In this document: positions 13,430 through 24,221 of the stretch, one piece after another
Position numbering within the stretch: the stretch's first letter is position 1
Layout: the number at the start of each line of letters is the position of its first letter
Source: Syncephalis fuscata S228
Lineage: Eukaryota; Fungi; Zoopagomycota
Assembly (NCBI GenBank): GCA_025786725.1
Contig: JAHLTZ010000022.1
Span: 248,001-312,000, forward strand
Length of the DNA stretch: 64,000 nucleotides
Reading direction: 5' to 3'
Notes under the pieces: generated by a model
Told to the model about the DNA's origin: nothing
The model's database searches: none
Seen by the model: the letters and a program-made list of their open reading frames with translations, nothing else
Program-made: the position numbers and the translations under genes

Positions 13430-14636
13430 AAAGCATAATTTACAATAAATGAAACTAGTTTACAATGTCTGTTGTATATAGTCAGCTCTAACACTACTAC
13501 TTTTATTGGTTTCTGCGCTGGTAATGGCATTCAATTAGGATTGTTACTTAAATGTTTATACTCCAGTATAAATTCGTAGCCATATGTAAATAAAGACGAA
13601 CTTTAATTATATTTAGACTATTAGATGATTAAAATAACCAAATAAATTTATTAAACAAAATTTATCGCTCCTTTTTAATTTTTAATTGATTTATAGCAAT
13701 AACAAATAACAAATAACAGCTATTTGTACAAGTATACTTTGAAATAGTATTTTTATTAATGTTAAGCATGATTTCTATATTAAACCAGTAGTTCATATTA
13801 CTTTTGTATCCTAATCATTTGGACATTACAAAATTCGTAAAAATATGCTGAGCTATAATTGAAGATGACAATCAAAATACATAATTTGCATTAGTATTAT
13901 TGATATAGCTTGAAAGTAAAATAAGGTTTAGAGAAGTATAAAATATTTATTTATGTGTTGTGGTATAGTTAAAATAATGTTAATGGCAGTAACGGTAGTT
14001 TGAAGAGTCGAGGCTGGTTTAACGCCAAGCATGATTGTACTGACCACGGCAGCAACAACAACAAAAGCATCGACGACTCTGATGAATATTCTTGTGGTAA
14101 CTATTAAACCGGTAGAATTGGCGTAGATGAACCCAGAAAATGTGTGATGCCTCTACAGTTAGCATATGCACTTTCTGGCGAATAACAGGATCAACGCACT
14201 CCTGTTTCAAATATTAGCATGCAATTGTATAATGCCAGGCACGTCACACCGCCAGTGTTTCATGCTGTGCATCGTGTAACCATATGATACCAAGAGACCA
14301 TGCGCTAGTATAATTGCCAACATATAAATTTCAGTAATATTTACTTGCCAGCTGGTTCACCACACACACACTTGCTTGCCTATAACCTCTACCATACGCC
14401 TGGCGCGTAACTTCCACTTGTATTCGCTTTTATTTTTGAGTGTTGCCTGGTGCACACCTTGTAACTGTCCATTCGTCACTATCCGCTTAACCAACTTTCG
14501 GCTGGTCCGTAGTTTCTTTTTGTTTTTATATCCTTCTTTTTGTTTCTATTTCTTCGCTTTAGCCAATCATCAGCTGATTGTTAGCAGGCAATCAACCCCG
14601 TATATTATTATCTACAGTGATATTACACGTGTAAAA

Positions 14637-15878
14637 ATGCGTTGCGTTTCTTTTTGTATTTTAGCAACAAGCACACTAGTGCTTCTTGCTGTATCAACTG
14701 TACCCACCACCAATGCCGCTGTTATACCGTCTGCTGGATTGCAACGCTATTTGCTTCGTAGAGATTCTGACGAGGGTATAGTAGGACGTATTGCTACATC
14801 TGAGTTAAAGTCGGCATGGGATAATGTAGAGACGGATCCAGATCTTGTTCCATCAAAAACGGAAGTAAAGGCATATGCTGACTCGCCGTCGCCGTCTTCA
14901 AAGTTTTCAGATCCAGGTGATGCTGATGGTACCGGCCCAAATACGACGCCAACGCCATCAAGCACACAATACTCCAGCTCTACGTCTACTGCGTCCTCCA
15001 CTACTTCTTCTGCCTCAGCAACGGAGACTTCGACTCCAACTCCATCTAACGAGTCCAAGTCAAATAGCGCATCGGAATCATCCTCTACAACAACAACAAC
15101 AACCTCTACAGCCACCAGTTCATCATCATCCAGTCCTACCTCTACAGAATCCACAACATCGGCAAGCTCTACAGCTACCGGTTCTTCCTCCTCTTCTTCC
15201 AGTCCTACACCTACAGCAACAAATCATTCTACAATTTTAGACTTAATTCTAAAACAGCCACCACAGCAAATTCTAAAAAACAAATCTGCAAATTCTCACA
15301 ATGCAGAAATGACCGCTGTTTCGGCTCCAACTCCAAAGCCAACACATACCGACACTAGTTCTTCGGAAAGTCCCAAGCCAACAGAACATGCTACGGCAAA
15401 AATGGACGAAGCGCGTTCTATAGATGATATGCCTATACCAGAAAATATACTAAATGATGACATCATGACGGCAATAATTGGCACTAAACCAAAGTCGGCC
15501 AACACGGAGGATAAAGCGTCATATAGCAAGTCTAACTCTACCGATACAGCCGCACCCTCTCCTACTTCTAGTGCCACAGTCACAGCTACTGAGTCGCCAT
15601 CCAGTACTTCATCACCAGCCGCTGAGCAAACCAAATCCAATGATAAATCGGAAGGAAATTCTAAATCAGACAAACTCGTTCGAAGAAGTTTAGAAACGCC
15701 ACGATACATCGCAGACGACTCGTCATATACTGAAGAGTGTGCTCGTTTTGGCATTTGCGACTCCAAGCCTACCGAGAAATATTATGTTAAACAATGGACA
15801 CAAAGCCCAACACTTGATATGGCAGAATCCAACAATGCCAATGATTTAAACATTAATGAAACAGTTTCAGATAGCTAA
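14637..15878 (+). CDS. Secreted Ser/Thr-rich (mucin-like) protein
   Basis: Signal peptide MRCVSFCILATSTLVLLAVSTVPTTNA, dibasic sites LLRR|DS and LVRR|SL, long S/T tracts, C-terminal ECARFGIC. Confidence 0.8.
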   Translation: MRCVSFCILATSTLVLLAVSTVPTTNAAVIPSAGLQRYLLRRDSDEGIVGRIATSELKSAWDNVETDPDLVPSKTEVKAYADSPSPSSKFSDPGDADGTGPNTTPTPSSTQYSSSTSTASSTTSSASATETSTPTPSNESKSNSASESSSTTTTTTSTATSSSSSSPTSTESTTSASSTATGSSSSSSSPTPTATNHSTILDLILKQPPQQILKNKSANSHNAEMTAVSAPTPKPTHTDTSSSESPKPTEHATAKMDEARSIDDMPIPENILNDDIMTAIIGTKPKSANTEDKASYSKSNSTDTAAPSPTSSATVTATESPSSTSSPAAEQTKSNDKSEGNSKSDKLVRRSLETPRYIADDSSYTEECARFGICDSKPTEKYYVKQWTQSPTLDMAESNNANDLNINETVSDS

Positions 15879-17283
15879 TATTTAGTTAATGACGATAGTT
15901 AAAATAAAATATATTAATGATTTAACTAATTACTGTATTAAACCTGTATTAATATAACTGTTTTATGGCCAATGCTAAACTAAATAACTTATACTTTTTT
16001 AGGTACAAATGTATAATAATGTAGCAAACAGCATTATATATTATCAAAAGTAAAAGACAAATATACGCTTTATCACTGTACTTATTACCATCTATTACAT
16101 TATTTATTATTATTATTATTATATATTTTTAAAAACTGTAATAGAAATAAGCTATATAACTTATTGGCTAGTTAGTATCTGCTAGTACAAATAACCTACT
16201 ATTTTGTTTTCTTCAATTAATTTTTAGATGTTATATATAGAATCATTGTATAAATGAATTCCATCCAATACTTTAATGTCAGCTGTTACAAGTATAATGT
16301 AAGCATGCATATTTCTGCTTGATTTATTGTCATAGCTGCTATCTAGAAATTTAAAAATCAGCTAAGCCTTAAATGGTTAGTGCTTGCTGTGTGACTCGCT
16401 GCTATTGTCTACCAAATCAAGTCTCTATTTGGAGCTGCCTGATACGTGTAGACTAGTATTTGAATACTACGCTTCATGCAATTTGATTAATATAAGCTAT
16501 TTTACAGTTGAGAAAATAGTAGTATTGATGACAAATGAAGTTATTTATTGATGAAAATGTTGTGTTGTATTACGTCACATAGTGCTTATTGCGTGGACAG
16601 CTCTCGGTCAATTCTGATAATATATTATTTGAAATCTCAAAGATTGCATAGCATATAACATTCATATACTTGGTGCTATACATTTACAAATTCAATACGT
16701 TGCTTATTTCTGTAAAAATTTCCATGATGTTGCATTGAATGTACTTATAAACCAATCATTATATTTTGTAACTTAATGAATTACAACTGGTTTACGCATA
16801 ACAAAATACATTTGTACAAAAATCATAGTATAATGCATTAAACTTGTTGCTGAATTACCATTTTGCGCTGTTTAGAATGTATGCAAATATTAAAGTTTGC
16901 GTTAATAAAAAGACAACAAAGCTATTGCTATTTTTATAAAACCAACAGGCTTATGTTTACAAACTATTCAGTTTTATAACAAAAATACAGGTTGATATAC
17001 GCGCCCTGTATCATATGTACTGTATCATTGGCATTGCTGTTTCAAATGTTTGAATACTAAACAGATTGAAGCAAAGAACTAGGCTGCATACTATCATACT
17101 ATGGGCACATTAGTATACACACGCTCCAAATTGTCATGTGAACGTATCGCTATTGGTTCATATTGTATTTCAATGATATGGTTGATACAGCACATTCTTT
17201 GATATCTCAGCACGATCACAGTCTTAAATAGCCCATGAAATATACACATATATCTAGTAATATCAGTATCACATCTTGCTCTC

Positions 17284-17290
17284 TATAAAT
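17284..17290 (+). promoter_or_regulatory. TATA box of microexon gene copy A
   Basis: TATAAAT about 85 nt upstream of the signal-peptide exon, followed by a CT-rich tract. An AATAAA lies at 20042-20047, downstream of the stop. Confidence 0.55.
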
Positions 17291-17370
17291 TACTCGCTAC
17301 TCTCTCTCTCTCTATACTCTCATCCTCTGCTTTTTGTTTTATTTGTTTGCCTCAACAAACTGATATCATC

Positions 17371-19811
17371 ATAAAGTCTTTTATTGCCGTTGTTTGCACT
17401 CTTCTCGTAGCTTTTGTGGCTACTACTTCCATAGTGGATGCCAAGCCAGCTTCTTTAATCCGTCGTGGTGTGTTGCAATTAAAATGAATATGCAATGTTA
17501 TTATGCTTACTGGTGCTACGGTTAATTGGTGATGATATTAGATAGTAAGTCGCATTTATGTATTGCAGATACAATACTTACTATATTTACATAACATAAT
17601 AAACATAATAAGCAGATGGTAAGTAATATTCTATATCAAATGACTATAAGTTAATTACACGCTGTTTGTTGCGTGTATCAACAACCTGATACTAACAGCT
17701 GGTAAGTGACATAATATATAAAGTATATATATATACTAACTACGTGCTATTTGTGGTGTTTATCACTAAATTAATAGTCTGTAAGTGGTATTCTATGCCA
17801 GTCAAATATACACTAGTTACGCGATATTTATTATGTGTATTAATAAAATGTTATTAATAGCCTGTAAGTGATGATGTATTTTAATTACTTATGCACTAAC
17901 TAAATACTATGTTCTGTGCATATCATCACTTAATACTGATAGGTGGTAAGGAATACTGCGCATTAGTTACCTATGTGCTAATTATATGTTGTTTATTGTG
18001 TGTATTAACAGATTAACCTTAATAGCTAGTAAGTAAAATTGGATATTAGGTGGCTATACACCAATCACATGCTATGTAACGTGTCTATTAACAACTTAAT
18101 ACTAATAGAGAGTAAGCAATATTGTGTATTAATCGACTATATATTATTTACATATTATTTATTGTGTGCATCAACAACTTAATATTAATAGTTTGTTAGT
18201 GATATTATAAAATGGCTGAATATTTATTAACAGCATATTTTTCACGACGTATTAACATTTCAATGCTAATAGTCAGTAATTAATATTGTATATTGTTTGT
18301 CTATATACTAATTAAATGCTATGCATTGCGTGTATCAACGTCTTAATGTCAATAGTGTGTAAGTGATGGTGTATATCAATTGTCTACGCGCTGATTAAAT
18401 GCGATGTAATGCGTTTATCAATGGCTTAACATCAATAGGCTGTAAGTACCATTACATACTAATTAAATGCTCACCAACTTCATGCTCATTTTGTGTATCA
18501 ACAATTTTATATTACTAGTTGGTAAGTAATACCACATATTAATTGACTATTCTCTAATCACTTAATATGTATTGTATAGCAACAATTTAATATTACTAGC
18601 TGGTAGGTAGTATTGTATGCCAATTATCTATACAATAATTATATATCATGTACCATTCATATTGATGCTTTAATATTAATAGGGCGCAAGTGTTATTGCA
18701 CAATAACTATCTATGCATTGATTAATACTGTGCTGCACATATCATCACTCAATACTAGTAGAAAGTAAGCAATATTGCGTATTAATTGCCTATAAACTGA
18801 CTAAATATTGCTCATTATATGTATCAACAGCTTAATATTGATAGAATACAAGTTACTGTACTTTATTTAACTATTTACTAATTGTATTTTCACTATACTT
18901 ATCGAAGATTTGGCATTAATAGGTCGTAAGTAATACTGTATTTCAGCTAGCTATAAACCAATTAATTACTATTTATTGTGTGTAGCAATAATTAAATATT
19001 AATAGTTTGTAAGTAATATTGTGTATTAATTGAATATGCACTAATCACATACTATGCATTGTGTGTGTGCCAACAACATAGTATTGCTAGCATATAAGTG
19101 ACACTGCGTATTCAGTAACTACGCATTAATTATATGTTATTATTGTGTGCATAAAAAACTTAATGTAATAGGCGGTAAGTGATATTATATATTGATTAAT
19201 TACACACTAATTACCGAATATTTATTGTGTATATTAATGGGGTGCTATAATAGGCCGTAAGTAGTAGTTTATGGCAAGTATTTATTTATCAATTAAATGT
19301 CCACTTTGCGCATCAGCGCTTCAATGTTAATAGACAGTAAGTGGTATTGTGCATTAATTCAATATGAACTGATTCTATGCCGTGTGTCATTTTACCAACA
19401 AATTAATATTAATAGCTGGTGGGTGATATTGTATATTACTTGACTATACACTAGGCATATGCTATGTATTGTGTGTAGCAACTTTTAGTATTAATAGGCC
19501 GTAAGTGACACTGTATTATAATTAACCATACACTAATTGCATGTTAATTATGCATACTAACAAACTGATACCAATAGCCTGTAAGTGATATTATATATTA
19601 ATTAATTATACACTAATTGCATGCTATTTATCGTGCATATTAATGACTTAATATTAATAGGCGGCGACACCGCATATTGACCGAGTCGTGTTAGTTATAT
19701 GTTAACTATGTGTACCAATGCTGTAATAACAATAGATTGTAAGTTATGTTGTATATCGATAGTTTATAAGTTACCTGTGTGGAATATGCTATTTTTGCTT
19801 ACAAAATAGAA
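17371..19811 (+). CDS. Microexon gene copy A: secreted Cys-rich peptide precursor (exon 1 17371-17467, 28 exons of 3 nt, last exon from 19810); may be pseudogenised
   Basis: Exon 1 reads (I/M)KSFIAVVCTLLVAFVATTSIVDAKPASLIRR+G. It is followed by 28 AG|NNN|GT-type units at roughly 74-85 nt spacing. The spliced product DNAVSCAKIFMCFAGQKCLSCGHTGPCD ends in T|AA TAA. Start codon is ATA, and 3 donors are non-canonical. Confidence 0.8.
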
Positions 19812-20699
19812 TAATCAAGACATTCAATACATTGGCATTGGTAGTATAATTAAACTGATAGTTCAACACGCTTTAAATGCGAATTCAATGAAAAGCAAGA
19901 CTACTTACAACCACCGGTCAGCTCATTCATATATCAAGTTTCAGCCAATGCTCCAGTTTATTCACCTTTAATTGATAACATCATTATATTGCTAACAAGT
20001 ATGCACTTGCTTGTACCTATTCAGCTATACAAGTTTGCAATAATAAACACATGCTTTTATTATGTATATTTGATTAAGCTATTATATATATATGCGTGTG
20101 TTTATTTACATTTAGCAATTAGCAAAGCTAATCAAGTAAAAATACTAACATCACGCATTTAAAAGTATACTGTATTATCTGCAGACATGAACCAGCGTGA
20201 TTGTAGCAGTATTATCATTCAATAACAATTTAATATGTAGCTATTGTAGCTATATATGTCGATAGTTTAACCAGCAGTCTTTTGTTGTAAATATACTACA
20301 AATAGTATCAAAGCTATTTTAGCAACAGTATAGGATGATAAACGCCAATAATTAAATATGCAATATATAGCACAATTAAACCACTGTTATAAATTATTAA
20401 TTTCAGTAAATAATATCAAGTCTATAAATAGCAGAAATACATAGTCATATGAGATGATGTACAAAGTATCTCATAATATAAGAAATATATCAGATATAAA
20501 TAAAAAAGTAACTAATTATAATACCAGTTATTTATTTTGTTCTACTAATAAGTTTTATTGCAATTGTTTGCGAGAATAAACAGGTAACAGTATAAAATAT
20601 TGTAAATTAGGAAGCATATAATTTTTACGCTTACTAATTTTTGTTTTTGAAAAATGCCAATAACTCGTTAGATTTTTTATTCAGCTACATGGCATTTTA

Positions 20700-22210
20700 T
20701 TAGTCGATGTGGTAGGTAAAATCGTAAACAGTTACAGAGTCGGCAAGACGATTTGAAAAGAATAAGTAGGTAGGACGTGGTCGAACGACGCTATTACGAC
20801 TATTTGTATAATAAATTGACATGGCAGTCGGTTTATCCGAGTAAGCATCAACAATTGGCCAAGTATCAAAGTTACGATACATAAAAACACTTCCAATAAT
20901 AGGCATTAATCGCTTACTAATATTAATAGTGCGTATTATTGTGCCTTTGGCCAAATCCACTACTTGCTAACATCTTGAAGTTTGACGATTGCATGCCATC
21001 GATTGATCAGAGATGCTGTAGAAGCATTTTTAAAAGTAAATATAGGCTCTTGGGCACCCGTATTTTTTGTTGAATAAATAGCCAAATGCAGTTCTTGGTT
21101 GCATAAGACCTGTAGATATGTAAATTCAACACTTAATGGGTTTGCATTACAGTGGCCTGTTTGCTCAGGCAGATTAAAACTGCCGCTGCTTACTACTTCA
21201 GATTTAAATCCTGAACTAGACAATTGATAATATGTTTGATTCCAGCTGATACTATTTTGATCAAAAAATCTATCTCCATTCATATCAAATGGTCTATTGG
21301 TGTCGAGATCAAATAGCTGAATGCCATTTTTGTCACTATAAGTGCTAAAACTTGCCAAGGAAACTCCAGATATTTCGTGATACTGTCCAGTGAGCAGATT
21401 AACAAGCCAGTTTTTGCATGGATCTGGTGTTTTGAAAAAAATTACCCATCGACCAGACGATCGGAACCGAAAACTGTCAACAGAGTAGCCGGTGCAAAAA
21501 GATAACTCTAGTCGTTTCCATTGATGGTCGCTGTACGTTGGCCGAGACCATATATCGTCTTTTAGCCGTATAACTGTGTAGTAATCATTAGGCACTATTG
21601 GTGCAACATGGCGGTATAACTGTGAGAATGAGTTGGACGTAACACCTGCAACAGTGTGATCAACAAGTGGTATTGCGTCATCGATAGTTGCTGGTAACTC
21701 GGATGGACGTATTATAACTACATTTTTTACATCACCGGATATCGGCATGATACAGGTGGCCGAGCTACACGACGACCATGCACGCGTATCAAATCGATTT
21801 GATAGCGAGTAGTGCTCGTAGCTTTGCGAAACAAACTTTGCCTCACGCCAATTACGCTCTATTAGCAATCGATGATTGTAGGCTAGGCGCCAATTAACAC
21901 CTAGAAATGCCGTGTTACCAAGGCTATCCCCAAGTAGGTCAACAACCGAACCAGCAGGTTGTCCTTGTTTTCTCCAGACTTTGTTACGATACCAAATAAG
22001 CGCATATTCCTCGCATCGTACGTAACGCCAGTGAAATTTTCTGCCATATAGCCCACGCCAATACTGATTTGATTGCTTTAAAAATGTTTGTGTACCATGG
22101 TTTGTCAATTCTAGTTCTTGCAATTCATCATCTGATAAGCATAGCAATACAATGTCTCGTTCGACAACGGGAAGCATGGCAAACAGTAGCTCTAATCTAG
22201 AAATCGGCAT
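20700..22210 (-). CDS. Lineage-specific protein with a degenerate N-terminal F-box-like motif; 1-nt frameshift near 20962
   Basis: MPISRLELLFAMLPVVERDIVLLCLSDDEL...YWRGLY..., W-x-x-x-Y...IERNWR pattern typical after F-boxes. ORFs 20960-22282 and 20700-20960 join if AAG TA GTG is restored to AAA GTA GTG. Intronless. Confidence 0.6.
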
Positions 22211-23729
22211 TTTAAAATCTGAAGAAACACGAGAATAGACGGATAAAGAGCGAGTGACGTAGTTATGCAATAAAAAACACAAATGTGCTCAGCACGATCT
22301 ATTTATTTAAACATTATAAAACTGTTACTATTATTAGTAATGAGTCATATGACTGTTTACATTATCACGTGCACTAGCTTAGAATATGATACCTTTTACT
22401 GAGTAATATATGAGTGTCATATTGACCAAATTTGAGCAAATAGATATGTTCATTTTAATCATTTTAACTAATAGCAACATCTTTAAAAGCTATTGATGTA
22501 ATTTTCTTTATCTAGGTTTATAAATAAATCAAATTTAAATTACTGACTGTTGCTAGTAATTTATACAGAAAATACATCAAGTATAAGTTTACTCTAAGTT
22601 TCATGGCATGTAAATGATAGAAATAGCTACTTGTTGCTTGAGTAATAAATTCACTATTATAATGCGTTAAATATGTGATCTAAATATTCTACGGTGGCTA
22701 AACTAAAAAAAGATGGTTTTAAACAAAAAAAAGAACAAAAAATTATTGCCTGGCAGTTCTAGCTACACACAACAGCCTAATGTTAACTGTTGATGCTTTG
22801 TTAAACAGCAGACTATAAATATGCACACTGCCATTTGTATGATATTGTCATTGTTTGCAAATTACATATGTAATTCAATAAAATGTAGTAATATTTATTT
22901 TCAATTTCTAAGAAACAACGCGCGTTTAAATGCAGACTGGTAAGAATATAGCTGGATAATGTGCAGTCAACGACGGTCGTTACAGTATTGCCTCAAAACA
23001 AGCAATTTAATGATGAAATATCAACACAGTACAGTACCACAAGCACTAGCTATACGCCAGGAAAAGGTACTGTTAAGTGAGATTGTTCAAGTAGTAAAAT
23101 AGAGCAAAAAGAAGGCAATGGTGGAGAGATAGTGGCGCCTATAGCCACCATAGTCAACGTGCCGGCAGCTGTGTACATACAGTAGTAGTAACGACAGCAG
23201 AATGCACCGTTGTATTGGTGCTGAAGACTTACTTAGTGACTATACTAGCAGTACGGTTTGCTGCTATTGCTACTGTATGTGTAAAGCAGCTTTACATGAC
23301 TGTGGTGACTATATGTTGTCAAACCCGTTTTATACTTTGGTTTGCCATAGATCGCCATTGCAGATAATTTTAAAAACAGTGGTAGGCTGCATTTCAAGTA
23401 TAGTCGCTGAAGATTTGTTCAGCACCAATACAACAATGCGATCTGCAATTGTGCTCAATAGCAAAACAAAGCATACAACAAGATTCTACAGCATATGCTC
23501 AACATAACATATAAACAAGCCAGAAATGTACATACCGTGTCAAATAAGCTGCAATATTAATTGGAGTAATGAAGGTGATTTGTAAAAAAGTCAGATTACA
23601 AAAGAGTAATGCAAGTACATAGTATAGAAAGTGTGTGTACATAACTATTAATCAGTCAACTACTGACACTATCTAATTAGTATATATGGAGTGTACAAGT
23701 ATATGCAAATGGATATATGCTATCAAGTG

Positions 23730-24005
23730 TGAGGAAAGAGAAAGGGAAATGTGATGGCGTAGATTGTAAGATGTGAGCCTGTCAGTCAATATTTATAAAC
23801 AGCCGAGTTTAATTCATTAATAAATGGAGTGTAAATAATAAAAGTCAATCTACCCAACATGTTGGTACATCATAGAACAGATTAATAGTAATGAATAAAT
23901 GCATCAAGAATAAAAGTCATTTGACACCGAAACTACTCATTATTATAAACATATATTCAGTATAATAGTAAATGTATTAAAAGAATAAAAGTCATTTGGC
24001 ACAAA
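23730..24005 (+). repeat. Diverged partial copy of the right end of the dispersed AT-rich repeat
   Basis: Shares AAAGGGA(A/G)ATGT...GTAGATTGTA and GTCATTTGACACC-AAACTACTCATTAT-ATAAA-CATATATTCAGTATAATAG with 32350-32560. Confidence 0.7.
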
Positions 24006-24221
24006 TGATCAATAAAGTATAAAGTATAGCATTTTTAACACATTATAAAAAGCAAAGTAATAGTTTATCAATCTAAATAAACAAATATACATGTTAAAAA
24101 AGAAAGATAATTCCAAATGTAATTTATTAGCTTAACTACTTGGAATAGCAAGTATGTTATTGAAGAAAAGAAAGAAAGTTACATATGTATTGTTTAGCTG
24201 CATGTGCAACTTGATAATCAA

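Larger units (their letters stand above)
16643..20078 (+). repeat. 3.4 kb segmental duplication, copy A (inverted relative to 49275-52708)
   Basis: Sequence from ATTGCATAGCATATAAC (16643) to TGATTAAG (20078) is the near-identical reverse complement of 49275-52708, with a few substitutions and 1-2 nt indels. Confidence 0.95.

Noticed and set aside
17545-19809. The ~83-nt periodic array as a CRISPR array or plain minisatellite
   Set aside because: Eukaryotic context, no cas genes, and diverged units with only 3-nt 'spacers'. Conservation is focused on splice signals, and the triplets join into an ORF between a signal exon and a junction-made stop.
17470-19970. Phase-0 reading of the microexons (IMLSPVLRFSCALLGKNVFHAATLAPAINNQ...)
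   Set aside because: It is also open, but it needs the weaker donor GTGTTG or initiation at the ATG microexon, and runs on into AT-rich 3' sequence. Phase 1 uses GTGTGT, starts right after RR, is Cys-rich and stops at the last junction. Disfavoured, but not excluded without cDNA.
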